A stretch of 59,681 bases of DNA from a virus (Duplodnaviria > Caudoviricetes). The notes under the pieces are model-generated. The model was not told the DNA's origin and did not search any database. It saw only the letters and a program-made list of their open reading frames with translations. The DNA lies in the IMG/VR virus record IMGVR_UViG_3300031787_000134, positions 1 to 59,681 of that record. The stretch is one strand, 5' to 3'. Positions 17,205 through 26,600 of this stretch are shown here, in pieces. A program made the position numbers and the translations under genes. Position 1 is the first letter of the stretch. Every line of letters begins with the position of its first letter.

Positions 17205-20036
17205 ATGAAGTTGTTCGGAAGTCTACGTGAGTTAGTAGCGGCGGTATTCCGCAAAGACACAAGAGAAATTACCCTAGAGCCGAATGCTGGCACCTATTCT
17301 GGGGCGGTCAATCTCAAGTTGCCCCCAGTATTGACTGGAAGCGATGTTCTAGTTTCGGAAGCTGGAAGTCAATCTCTTACCAACAAGACCATCGATGCTG
17401 ACCTCAATACTGTAAGCAATATTGATGACGGCAATATCAAGGCCGGGGCCGGTATCGACGCGTCCAAAATTGGCGCTGGTTCCGTTGACAATACTGAATT
17501 TGGTTACCTTAACGGCGTCACGTCTAGTATACAGACTCAGCTCGGGGGCAAAGCTGCAAGTGGTGCGAACAGCGACATCACTTCCTTGTCCGGACTTACA
17601 ACTGCCTTGTCTACCGGACAGGGCGGTACCGGTGTCAACTCGACTGCTACCTTTCCCTCTTCCGGTGTGGTAGTAACTGAAGCCGGCTCTGCAACTTTGA
17701 CCAACAAAACTATCGACGGAGACAATAACACCGTTCAAGACTTGGGACTATCATCCCTTAAGACGGTATTGGCTGACGCGAACAAAGCCATCCTCCGAGA
17801 CGCGGCTGGTGCAGTGACCTCTGCTCTTATCGCGAACGCGAATATCTCTCCAACTGCCGCTATCGACGCCAGTAAAATCGGAGCAGGTTCGGTCGATAAC
17901 ACCGAGTTTGGCTACCTCAACGGCGTAACGTCCAGCATCCAAACCCAGCTCGGTGGCAAAGCGTCGAGCGGGGCCAATAGTGATATCACTTCCTTGTCCG
18001 GCTTGACAACAGCCCTGTCCATCGGACAAGGCGGTACCGGCCAAACCTCAGCTAGTGGCGCCATCAACGCCCTCTTGCCGCCTCAGGCTGCCAATTTCAA
18101 CAAGTACCTCAAAACAGATGGTACGAATGTTAGTTGGGCTTCTGCTTCTGGCGGAGCTGGGGAAATCAACGCCGTGTTGAACAGCAGTGGTGCGGACGGT
18201 ACTTCTGGCTGGGTCAATGGCACCTCTCACACCATCAATACCGTTACTGGGGCAACAATTCCCCTCTCACCAGCGGTGCCAACTGCGTTTACGATGTCGT
18301 CTTCGGCAGCGATTGCCATCGGGTCACAAACGAACGCTAGCGGTGATTACTACGAATTCACGATGCCGCCCGCGCTTCGGAATCGGAAGTTGAAGTTTGA
18401 ATTTTATTACACGACTCCAGCATCTGCTGATGGCACATGGGGCGTGGCTGTTTACAACGGCGCGACCAGAGTCAGACTCTCTACCGATACAGGCGCTACT
18501 CCAGATACCGTACTCCCGGCAGGGGTTAGCGGGGGCAAGTTTACTGCGTACTTCGACACCGATGCTGGCACCACGTACCGCGTCAACTTCGTCCAGAGGA
18601 CGAGAACCAACACCAACAGCTTGTGGGTAACTAATGTGGTGGTCGGACCCGGAATCCAACCTCAAGGTGCGGTTGTCGGAGCAGAAACTGTATATACTCC
18701 GACTACAACTGGTTTTGGTACAATCGGCTCTGCGACTGTCTATTATAAACGTGTTGGAGAAACGATTGTTATTCAGGGCCGATTTACATGCGGCACAACA
18801 GCTGCCTCATTGGCGTCGATTGCACTGCCGTCTGGACTAAATATTAACACCGCCATAATTACTCAAAACCTGATTGTGGGTAAGTGGTGGTTAAATAGCT
18901 CAACAACCAGCACACCAAAAACCGGCGCACTTTCTACCGACCGGACAGTAAATACCACGTTAGTTCGCTTTAACACACACGAGTACGCTACTACAACCCC
19001 ACCATCAGTTAACTTAAACGGCAGCCAAGTAGCTTCCACGGGGGAAGTTATTTGGTTTGAATTTCAGGCTCCCATCGCCGAATGGGCCGGCAGCGGAACG
19101 CTGACGGTAGCTCAGAATGATGTTGAGTACGCTTCAAACAGTAGCGCAACTACCACCAGCGACCCAACAACTTTTGCCTACGGCCCAAGTGGTACGTTGA
19201 TTCAAAACTTTGCTCCTACTGGATTAAACTTAATTGCCAAAAGAGTGAGGTTTCAAACTCCCATACAGCCAGGCGACCAAGTTATTGTAGAAGTTGATGA
19301 AGGAACAAATGGAGCAAGATGGGTTAATGCAGTTGCAAGAATTGGAAGCCGCGGCGTAAATAGTGCAGGTACAGCAGCTTACGGATTAAACTGGGTCACC
19401 ATAAACAGCACTGATGTTGATGTACAATTTGCCGCTACTTACGATGCTGCAGCTGCCGATACTTGGTCTACACTCAACACCTGGCGTTGGCGCGTCCGGA
19501 AATCCTCCGCCGGCGCGGCAGTCGGTTTTGGTATCGTCAGCCCCGGCGTATCCTCCGGTCTTGTCAGTGCAAGTGGATTGCCGGGGAACACCACCGGGAA
19601 CGCGATAGCAAGTGGGTATGTTGGGGAAGTTGCAAACCCATCTTCAGGCACAGGAGTTGCAGCACCTGGAGCAACTGGAGTATGGAAAACATACGAATCT
19701 ATTACTTTGACTGCCGGAGTGTGGATGGTTTGGGGTATGGGAGCTGTTTACTGGGACGGAACAAATAGCCCAACTGGTTTCAGTCAAGTTACCTTTGCCT
19801 TAACTCAATCCGTCAATGGTAATGCGGTTGGTGGTGCTGCCGGTTTATCTTTAAATTTAACAGGACAGGCCGTGACTAACAGTGGAATACAATTATCAGT
19901 TCCACCTTTGATAGTAAATACAAACGGAATCACAAACAATATTGTTTATATGTCAGCAAATTGTAGGTATACAACGCTAAATACTTTGGTGTTGGATTTA
20001 AACGCAACAACAATTTACGCAGTTCGGATAGCATAG
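17205..20036 (+). CDS. main tail fibre / receptor-binding protein (943 aa) with switchable C-terminal domain
   Basis: Fibre repeats (LTNKTID, GANSDITSLSGL); modular AT-richer distal domains; ends SGYVGE...AVRIA. Confidence 0.85.
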   Translation: MKLFGSLRELVAAVFRKDTREITLEPNAGTYSGAVNLKLPPVLTGSDVLVSEAGSQSLTNKTIDADLNTVSNIDDGNIKAGAGIDASKIGAGSVDNTEFGYLNGVTSSIQTQLGGKAASGANSDITSLSGLTTALSTGQGGTGVNSTATFPSSGVVVTEAGSATLTNKTIDGDNNTVQDLGLSSLKTVLADANKAILRDAAGAVTSALIANANISPTAAIDASKIGAGSVDNTEFGYLNGVTSSIQTQLGGKASSGANSDITSLSGLTTALSIGQGGTGQTSASGAINALLPPQAANFNKYLKTDGTNVSWASASGGAGEINAVLNSSGADGTSGWVNGTSHTINTVTGATIPLSPAVPTAFTMSSSAAIAIGSQTNASGDYYEFTMPPALRNRKLKFEFYYTTPASADGTWGVAVYNGATRVRLSTDTGATPDTVLPAGVSGGKFTAYFDTDAGTTYRVNFVQRTRTNTNSLWVTNVVVGPGIQPQGAVVGAETVYTPTTTGFGTIGSATVYYKRVGETIVIQGRFTCGTTAASLASIALPSGLNINTAIITQNLIVGKWWLNSSTTSTPKTGALSTDRTVNTTLVRFNTHEYATTTPPSVNLNGSQVASTGEVIWFEFQAPIAEWAGSGTLTVAQNDVEYASNSSATTTSDPTTFAYGPSGTLIQNFAPTGLNLIAKRVRFQTPIQPGDQVIVEVDEGTNGARWVNAVARIGSRGVNSAGTAAYGLNWVTINSTDVDVQFAATYDAAAADTWSTLNTWRWRVRKSSAGAAVGFGIVSPGVSSGLVSASGLPGNTTGNAIASGYVGEVANPSSGTGVAAPGATGVWKTYESITLTAGVWMVWGMGAVYWDGTNSPTGFSQVTFALTQSVNGNAVGGAAGLSLNLTGQAVTNSGIQLSVPPLIVNTNGITNNIVYMSANCRYTTLNTLVLDLNATTIYAVRIA
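17454..18042 (+). repeat. internal ~60-codon duplication in the tail fibre (copies start at 17454 and 17862)
   Basis: IDASKIGAGSVDNTEFGYLNGVTSSIQTQLGGKAxSGANSDITSLSGLTTALSxGQGGTG occurs twice, with mostly synonymous differences. Confidence 0.9.
19610..19628 (+). repeat. left 19-bp inverted repeat of putative invertible segment
   Basis: AAGTGGGTATGTTGGGGAA, exact reverse complement of 20513-20531; covers the SGYVGE codons. Confidence 0.9.
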
Positions 20037-20064
20037 TATCCGTAGTTACAACCGAACGAAGTTC

Positions 20065-20102
20065 GGGGGGTCCGCATCACTGCCGGCCCCCCTTCTTTGT
20101 TT
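20065..20102. terminator. terminator hairpin between the two convergent fibre tips
   Basis: GGGGGGTCCG...CGGCCCCCC followed by TTCTTTGTTT. Confidence 0.65.
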
Positions 20103-20125
20103 CATACGCTAATAATGTTTAAAGA

Positions 20126-20530
20126 TTAGGCGATTCTTACCGCTGTAACTGCCCAGACAGTAGAAGATGCGCTCACATTATTTACAGTGTACGCATTCAG
20201 ATATACCGTACCCGCCGCTGCAAATACTGCAACCATTGGAGGAAAGGTAGCGGTAGATGAGTTGGCTACGCTTCCCACCGCTGCAGTAATGTCGTTTACA
20301 CCCCCAACAGAACCGCCAATTTCAGAAAATGTCGAGACAGTTGCTCCGGTCGAACTTAAAATACGAGAATCGCCACCAGTTGCCCCAGACCACACAGCGT
20401 AACAACTGCCGCTAATTAGCCACACTCCTGCACTGGGGATAGACAAAGTACCGACCCCGCGTGTAGTATTTCCACCAGCTGCAATGCTATTGGTCCCACT
20501 TGCACGAAGTCGTTCCCCAACATACCCACT
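20126..20530 (-). CDS. silent alternative tail-fibre C-terminal domain (134 aa, no start of its own)
   Basis: SGYVGE...AGVWLISG...YLNA...AVRIA aligns by eye with the expressed tip SGYVGE...AGVWMVWG...YMSA...AVRIA; the upstream part of the track ORF is not protein-like. Confidence 0.85.
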   Translation of the reverse strand, partial: SGYVGERLRASGTNSIAAGGNTTRGVGTLSIPSAGVWLISGSCYAVWSGATGGDSRILSSTGATVSTFSEIGGSVGGVNDITAAVGSVANSSTATFPPMVAVFAAAGTVYLNAYTVNNVSASSTVWAVTAVRIA

Positions 20531-20531
20531 T
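20513..20531 (-). repeat. right 19-bp inverted repeat of putative invertible segment
   Basis: TTCCCCAACATACCCACTT on the + strand. Confidence 0.9.
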
Positions 20532-20668
20532 AGGACAAGTCGCCTCGCCACAAGGAGGGGGGGTTCCCCCTCGCTGCGCTCGGTAGTACGGTCTTCCCAG
20601 GCAGGCCTGGTAGTACGGGCTTGTCTTATTGCCAACCTCCTGCTACTCTAGTGAAGGAGGCACCTTGC

Positions 20669-21559
20669 ATGAAATTTTCCATTTTTCTTTTATTTTGGGT
20701 AATGTCATTCATTCGGACCCCCGTCCGAGTCTTCGCCCTGTTACTGGGTCTCCTGAGTACGGCAGCCTGTGGCCGGGAGATTCCGGCCGGACCAATCCTC
20801 ATCACCGAGCTGGAACAAATGTACGCGAGTAAACTCGCTCAGCTTCGTACGGAGACAGCCGGTCATATAGCGGGCTGGCCCGCCGATAATGAGTGCGACG
20901 GGGCTCTTTGGTCTGGTATCGCGCGAGCAGCTGGTGCGGAGTGGGTGGACGTCGCTGCCGCGCTCCGCCCCGACGGCCGCCCTACCAGGAAACCGTTGCG
21001 GGACTGCGTCACTCCGGACGAGAGTGCCACGACTACTAGCAACGACATGATAACGGGCATCCTCCTGGGCCTCCAAGAGGCTAAGGACGCCGAAAGCGTC
21101 CTGCGACTCTACAAATATGGAGAGGCGCATGACTGGATTATGGGCACCCCGGAGTGGTACCTCAGCAGAGTTCTGCTGAGGCCGAACGGCGTCACCCTTA
21201 TGGCCCGCATCCTATATAAGTTGACCGATGGGCAGCGTGACTACTCCGTCCGTCTCATGCCGGTAGTCTACGGTCCGGTAGACGGAGACTATGAGGGGCA
21301 TCTCCTCCTCCTCTCCCGCATCATCGAGAAAAAGGCTGGTGGACCCCAGTACGGGATGGAAGTAGCGGAGACTCTCTTCGCCAAAGCCAATCCCTCTGAC
21401 GCCTTAGCTCAGGCAGTAGCAGGTAACTACTTAGCAGCAGCCCTGCTACTGACTGGCGATTACAAGTCGCCGACATACGTTCGCGGCGACGACATCTACC
21501 ACACCGTGCATTGGCTCCTCGCAGCCCGGGTCACATTAGACGGGATGCTGGGAAAGTGA
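20669..21559 (+). CDS. putative lipoprotein, helical
   Basis: Hydrophobic stretch then lipobox-like STAAC; AAGGAGG RBS; TTGTCT-17-TACTCT upstream. Confidence 0.6.
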   Translation: MKFSIFLLFWVMSFIRTPVRVFALLLGLLSTAACGREIPAGPILITELEQMYASKLAQLRTETAGHIAGWPADNECDGALWSGIARAAGAEWVDVAAALRPDGRPTRKPLRDCVTPDESATTTSNDMITGILLGLQEAKDAESVLRLYKYGEAHDWIMGTPEWYLSRVLLRPNGVTLMARILYKLTDGQRDYSVRLMPVVYGPVDGDYEGHLLLLSRIIEKKAGGPQYGMEVAETLFAKANPSDALAQAVAGNYLAAALLLTGDYKSPTYVRGDDIYHTVHWLLAARVTLDGMLGK

Positions 21560-21606
21560 CCCGGTGCCCCCATCAAGTCCAGTACAACCCACCGATAGGT
21601 GGGGGC

Positions 21607-21635
21607 TTGACAATTAGTAACTACTCTGCTACGTT
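21607..21635 (+). promoter_or_regulatory. sigma70-type promoter
   Basis: TTGACA-17-TACGTT with TG extension. Confidence 0.5.
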
Positions 21636-21667
21636 ACTATTACCCCTAATGCCGGAGGCCCCGTGCT

Positions 21668-21880
21668 GTGTCAGACAACGAGCTCAAGCAACATCTAGAC
21701 GACAGATTCGACAGAGTTGACGCAAGGTTATCTCGTGTTGAAGACAAGCTAGATGACCATCTTCAGCGCCTGTCCACAGCCGAGGCTTCTATAGAATGGC
21801 TACGGGGTCACGCCAGACTAACCGTAACAATCATCCTAGCTGCCGGGGGATTCCTCGCCAGCTTATATTTCAACAAGTAG
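21668..21880 (+). CDS. small coiled-coil plus C-terminal TM protein (XhlA/holin-like)
   Basis: Heptad region followed by one hydrophobic helix; GGAGG RBS. Confidence 0.55.
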   Translation: MSDNELKQHLDDRFDRVDARLSRVEDKLDDHLQRLSTAEASIEWLRGHARLTVTIILAAGGFLASLYFNK

Positions 21881-21889
21881 GAGCATACC

Positions 21890-22165
21890 ATGCCCGGTAA
21901 ATTAAAGAAACTCTCGATGCCCAAGCGGGAAGAAATGGACATGTCCGAACTCGAGATGGACATGCCCGCCGAGGGCGAGATGATGGCAGGGGAAGAGCCA
22001 TCCGACAAAGGCGAAATGCCCAGCAAGGAAAGTCCGCTGGCCGGAGCTAGCGACGAAGAGCTGATGGCCGAGATGAAGAAGCGCGGCCTAATGGGCGACC
22101 TTGAGGGTGAAGGTATGGAGGGCGAAGAAGAAATCGACCTCGAAGACGAAGAGATGTACTCTTAA
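21890..22165 (+). CDS. acidic Met/Glu-rich small protein
   Basis: Low-complexity acidic ORF with GGAG RBS. Confidence 0.6.
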   Translation: MPGKLKKLSMPKREEMDMSELEMDMPAEGEMMAGEEPSDKGEMPSKESPLAGASDEELMAEMKKRGLMGDLEGEGMEGEEEIDLEDEEMYS

Positions 22166-22213
22166 GCCCCCGAACGAAGTTCGGTAGTAACGACTTGTGA
22201 ATAGGGGTAGTCC

Positions 22214-23191
22214 ATGGCCCGGCCGCTATATACCGTAGAACAATTAGCCGAATCGGTGCGGGCTCGTATTGACGAACTCAATCGGGACTCTATCGACACC
22301 GAACGGGACATTTTGCCCGCCCTCAACCGCGCCCTCGAGTACGCGGTCGACATTTACGCGAAACACTATCCGGACCCCTTCTTGGCTTACACCGCTTTAG
22401 ACCTCGATTCAAAGCAAGAGTACGCCCTACCCGAGGATGTTTACGAGGACCGCATTCTGAAGCTGGAGACAAAAGTCACAGCAAACTCGTATCAGGAGAT
22501 TCAAAGAATCTCGTACCGCGATGTGACAGCGTACGAGACCGAAGCCACTACTCCGACCCCGTATTATTACGCGGTAGTCGGGAGGAAGATTAGGCTCATC
22601 CCACCCCCGAGTGGAAGCTATGATGCTCGGCTGTGGTACATCAAGTACCCGGAGCAGCTAGTCCTACCCCAAGGCAGGATTACTTTAGTTGGTGGCAATA
22701 ACCAGTACGTTGTAGTCGACAGTATCGGGGCCGACCTAACGAGCGAGATTGACCAATTAAATAGTTTCATCAATATCGTGAACTCCAGGACGGGTGAGAT
22801 AAAGGGCACCTTCCAAATCGCCGGTCTCGATGATGGCCGTATCACTATCCGGTCTACCTCCTCGCAAGGGCGGACCGAGATATATGGCAAGGAGATACTC
22901 TTCTCTTTTGCCAATCTCGATATCGAAAAAGATGATTACGTTTGCGTAGCCTCCGGCACTTGCGTCCCGTACTTGGCCAGCCCGACCAGCAACTTCCTGA
23001 TACAGTACGCCGTAGCAGAGTTGTCTCGCCAACTCGGAGTCAATTCAATTGAAGAAGAACAGGTCCTAGCCAAGTTCGAGCAACAAGTCCAACGCACTTG
23101 GGCAGGTAGAGAGACCACGATTCGGGTCGCGAAACGCAGCCCCGCCTTTGGCTTACCCCTCCGCAGCTGGCCCCTACTCACGAAAGGGTAA
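22214..23191 (+). CDS. head-tail adaptor / tail tubular protein A-like
   Basis: 'QEYALP', 'P.YYAVVGRKIRLIPPP', 'FLIQYAVA' pattern of podovirus adaptors; position. Confidence 0.65.
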   Translation: MARPLYTVEQLAESVRARIDELNRDSIDTERDILPALNRALEYAVDIYAKHYPDPFLAYTALDLDSKQEYALPEDVYEDRILKLETKVTANSYQEIQRISYRDVTAYETEATTPTPYYYAVVGRKIRLIPPPSGSYDARLWYIKYPEQLVLPQGRITLVGGNNQYVVVDSIGADLTSEIDQLNSFINIVNSRTGEIKGTFQIAGLDDGRITIRSTSSQGRTEIYGKEILFSFANLDIEKDDYVCVASGTCVPYLASPTSNFLIQYAVAELSRQLGVNSIEEEQVLAKFEQQVQRTWAGRETTIRVAKRSPAFGLPLRSWPLLTKG

Positions 23192-23193
23192 CT

Positions 23194-23442
23194 ATGGCTT
23201 CGGTAAAGGACCTCAAAGATAAGATGCCTTGCAACCGGCCCAAACGGGATGTGAAGGGCGGCAAGAAAAGCGTCGTCAAGGCTTGCGAGGACGGAGAAGA
23301 AAAGCTCATCCGCTTCGGAGATGCTAACATGGAAATCAGGAAGGACGAACCGGCCCGCCGGAAATCTTTCCGAGCCCGGCACAACTGTGACGAAAAGAAA
23401 GACAAGATGTCAGCGGGATATTGGAGTTGTAAGGCTTGGTAA
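23194..23442 (+). CDS. conserved small basic phage protein (DUF6321-like)
   Basis: IRFGD...RRKSFRARHNC...SAGYWSCKAW signature. Confidence 0.7.
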   Translation: MASVKDLKDKMPCNRPKRDVKGGKKSVVKACEDGEEKLIRFGDANMEIRKDEPARRKSFRARHNCDEKKDKMSAGYWSCKAW

Positions 23443-23458
23443 CTAAAGGAGAAAATAT

Positions 23459-23599
23459 ATGCCGCTAAAGAAGGGTAAATCTGATAAGGTAGTCAGTAGC
23501 AACATCAGAAAGATGATGGAAGAAGGCTACCCGCAAAAGCAAGCAGTAGCAGCGGCGCTTTCCTCTGCTGGTAAAAGCAAAGACAAAAAGAAGAAGTAA
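23459..23599 (+). CDS. small basic protein (MPLKKGKS...QKQAVAAAL family)
   Basis: 46 aa read manually; AAGGAG RBS; N-terminal motif common in phage late regions. Confidence 0.75.
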   Translation: MPLKKGKSDKVVSSNIRKMMEEGYPQKQAVAAALSSAGKSKDKKKK

Positions 23600-23601
23600 C
23601 A

Positions 23602-26600
23602 ATGGCACTCCAATACCAAAATATCGAAGAACCATCCTTTGGCCGGGGCATTGACGCCCGTTCTGCCGAGAATCAAATTCGGGACGGCTTCGTTCGAGAC
23701 TTGGTAAATAGTGACATTGTGGAAGGCAGAGTAAGGAAGAGGAAAGGATTCGCCAACTATGCCGGAAACCTGCCGGTAAGAGTTACCGCGGTCCGCCAAA
23801 TCGGAGCTCCGACTAATAAGACCGGCTTCATCTTGGACCGAAGTATTGATTTGTCTGATGTTGATATCACCCCGCTACTGGTATACGGGAAGTATAGTAG
23901 CTCGATTGCTAATGACACCACGCTCTATTACGAGCAGTGGGAAACTAGCATCAAGAAGGCGTTCGCAGTCACAACCCCCCCCGGCCCTAGTACCCTTACT
24001 GTCCCCGTCTCCGAACACAATATCGACTCCCCGTATATTTACACGGGCACGGTACTATATTCTCCCGGTCCGGAAGAAGAAGTTATTACTGTCGATGAGA
24101 CAGAAGTCAGCAACAGTACTTACGACATCAATCTCAGCTATTTCAATTATACCGGCTTCCCTGAGGAAGTTTACGTTTATTATAAAGATGGCCGGACTAT
24201 CTTGGGCGAGACTGCGGTCATCACAGCCGTGCTCCCAAATCCAGGACCTCCTACTACTATCACCATTCCCGCTACGGGACTCGGGGGACACAACCTCTCT
24301 TTAGGTAATATCATTTACCAATTGTACGAGAATGTCGGCTCGGGCTTGGTCCGAAGAATACCCAGTAGTGCGTTCCTCGACAAGAACACCAATGAACTTA
24401 CCATCACGCCCGGCACTCCCGGCAACTATGTGGTGCTACTCTTCTCGGCCCCTGTATCGCAAAGCGTTACTTTGAGTCCCTCTCTCTTTACTGCCGGCGG
24501 CGAAGAAAATTACCGCCTCACTCTGTCCAATGTCACGTCTCGGTACATCTTCTCTAGCGTGTACCACGACTCGACCGGAGAAGAGATACTTCCTGATTCG
24601 GTCATTTATAACAGCGATAATGAAACAGTAACATTCGCTTTCGCCAAAGCTTCGTATGAAGCTAATCCCGGCGCGCTGCGGATTTACTACGATTACGGCG
24701 CGGTTCGGGCTAACGAGATAACCGTCACCGGGCCCAATGTCAACGCATATTACACCGACCCCCAGCTAACAATATACGGCCTCAGTCACGAAACTATTTA
24801 CGGCCAATATAAGAACGAGCTCCGCCGAGGATGGGCAAATCACGTTGACTCCTATAGAAGTCCCGAAACGACTCATATGGTGGCTGGCTTGGGCGGGAAT
24901 CTCTTTGCCGCATTATCGCCTAATGACTCGTACTTCCCGTCCGCCTTACTGGGAGCAACTCCTACTTACTACCCGAAACTGAGTAGTAAAACTGTTGCCT
25001 CGAACCAAGTTATTGGACCTGCCTTTTGGGACACAGACGATGTCCCGAACTTGACTAGAGCCGTGCTTAAGTTTCAGGGTGGGGGCACCAATTGGGCTTC
25101 CATTACCGGTGTGCAGCACATTACCGGCAATACAGTCCGGTATACCTTGTCCGTTCCGGGGGCGGTAGTAGTAGGCGGGACGCTTAGTAACGTCATTTCC
25201 GTCACCCCCGATTTAGAAGATTACATCTCAGTTAAAGGAATGTCTCATTCCCGGCACAACGGCAACTTCAAGATTGTAGCTCGCTCCCTTGTTGGGGACG
25301 TACTGACGCTGGATGTCGTGAATCCCAGAATTAAGAACTCCGACTACGACGATACCGGCTGCTCGGGTTTGGGCGGAGTATTCACGGACAGAGTCAGCCT
25401 TTCGGCTACTAGTCCCTTCCTCACTGATGACGTCCTCCTCTCCCCAGCTTGGACCTCCGCTACAGAACTAATAGTACAAAGCAGCGATAGCTCGACTATT
25501 ACCGTGAGCCAAGTATACGGAAAGATTACGCTCTCTCCTGGGGTCAGCATCGCGGGCCGCCGTACGTCAGCTACTATCCCGCTGAGAAATTTATCGACCG
25601 ACATCACCACCTCCCTCAATATAGTCGTCGGGGATACGGTATACTTGTCAGGCGTGAATCGCCCCCTTCAAGTACTGGCAGTCGATATCGCCAATAACGC
25701 TATTACAGTAGACGAAGCCCTAGTATGGGAAGACAATATCTCATTGCCTACTCCTATCGGAGTGTCTCAGAGATGGATACCCGCCGAGACCCCAGTACCG
25801 AGTAGCGGCGACTCCGCGTACAGCCTCATACCCAAGACGACCGTACAACACCTTTCTTCCAATCCCTATGATAATCAGCCCTTCCTCCGCTCTGCCATGG
25901 TACAGAATAACTTGTATCTTACAAATGGAAATGATGAGGTATACAAATATGATGGGCAGCATTTTTACAGGGCAGGCCTGATACCCTGGCAGCCGGGTCT
26001 CTTTCTCGCGGTAGAGAATGTCGCCACGGGCGGTATCCCACTTTCCGGCTCCGGAGCACAAGTTGTGGCCGCCCTCGAAGGGGCCCAACTAAGACTTGCC
26101 ACCGGACCCGCAGCCTACTTCCAAGCCGGGGACGTAGTAAGATTTACCAACGGGGAAGGCATCAATCAGCTCCTCACCATCAAAGCAATCAACGAAGTTA
26201 CCTCTTCCACTGATAAGCTCTTCTCCTTTGAAGAGACTCTTGATTTTACCGCGCTCGGAACTACTCCGAGATTGACTCTAGTATATCAGGCCCGGTACTA
26301 TTTTAGACTGAATGTCAAGGACGAGAATGGTGTTACCGTTTCTTCCGCCGTAACTGGGGCCTTAGACTTCGTGGCTACCATCAGCCCCGAATCTGGTAAA
26401 CAGCTCAAGGTACTCCTCCGCTTGGTGGGACTCCCACCTTGGGATAGGTACGATTTCCGTAACAAGAATATCGAGCTGGAAGTTTACCGTACCCTGTGGT
26501 CGAGGGGTAGCTTAGGCGAAGTGCCCACCTTCTACCGCATCCAGTCTATTGGACTCACGTACGAGAATAATAGCGGCTATATTGATGTCGAAGACGTTTA

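Larger units (their letters stand above)
19610..20531. mobile_element. putative invertible tail-fibre tip cassette (Mu G-segment/shufflon-like)
   Basis: Two convergent homologous fibre C-termini bounded by a perfect 19-bp inverted repeat in the same reading frame. Confidence 0.8.

Noticed and set aside
19600-19630. dif/Xer or integron att site identity for the 19-bp repeat
   Set aside because: Only TATGTT and a weak dyad resemble such sites, too little to assign a recombinase.
19610-20635. Diversity-generating retroelement acting on the fibre tip
   Set aside because: No reverse transcriptase, and the two tips are not near-identical copies differing at adenines; the geometry fits inversion.
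20531-20635. Independent 169-aa gene starting at 20635
   Set aside because: TTG start without a clear RBS; the first 35 codons cross a hairpin/promoter region and homology begins exactly at the inverted repeat.
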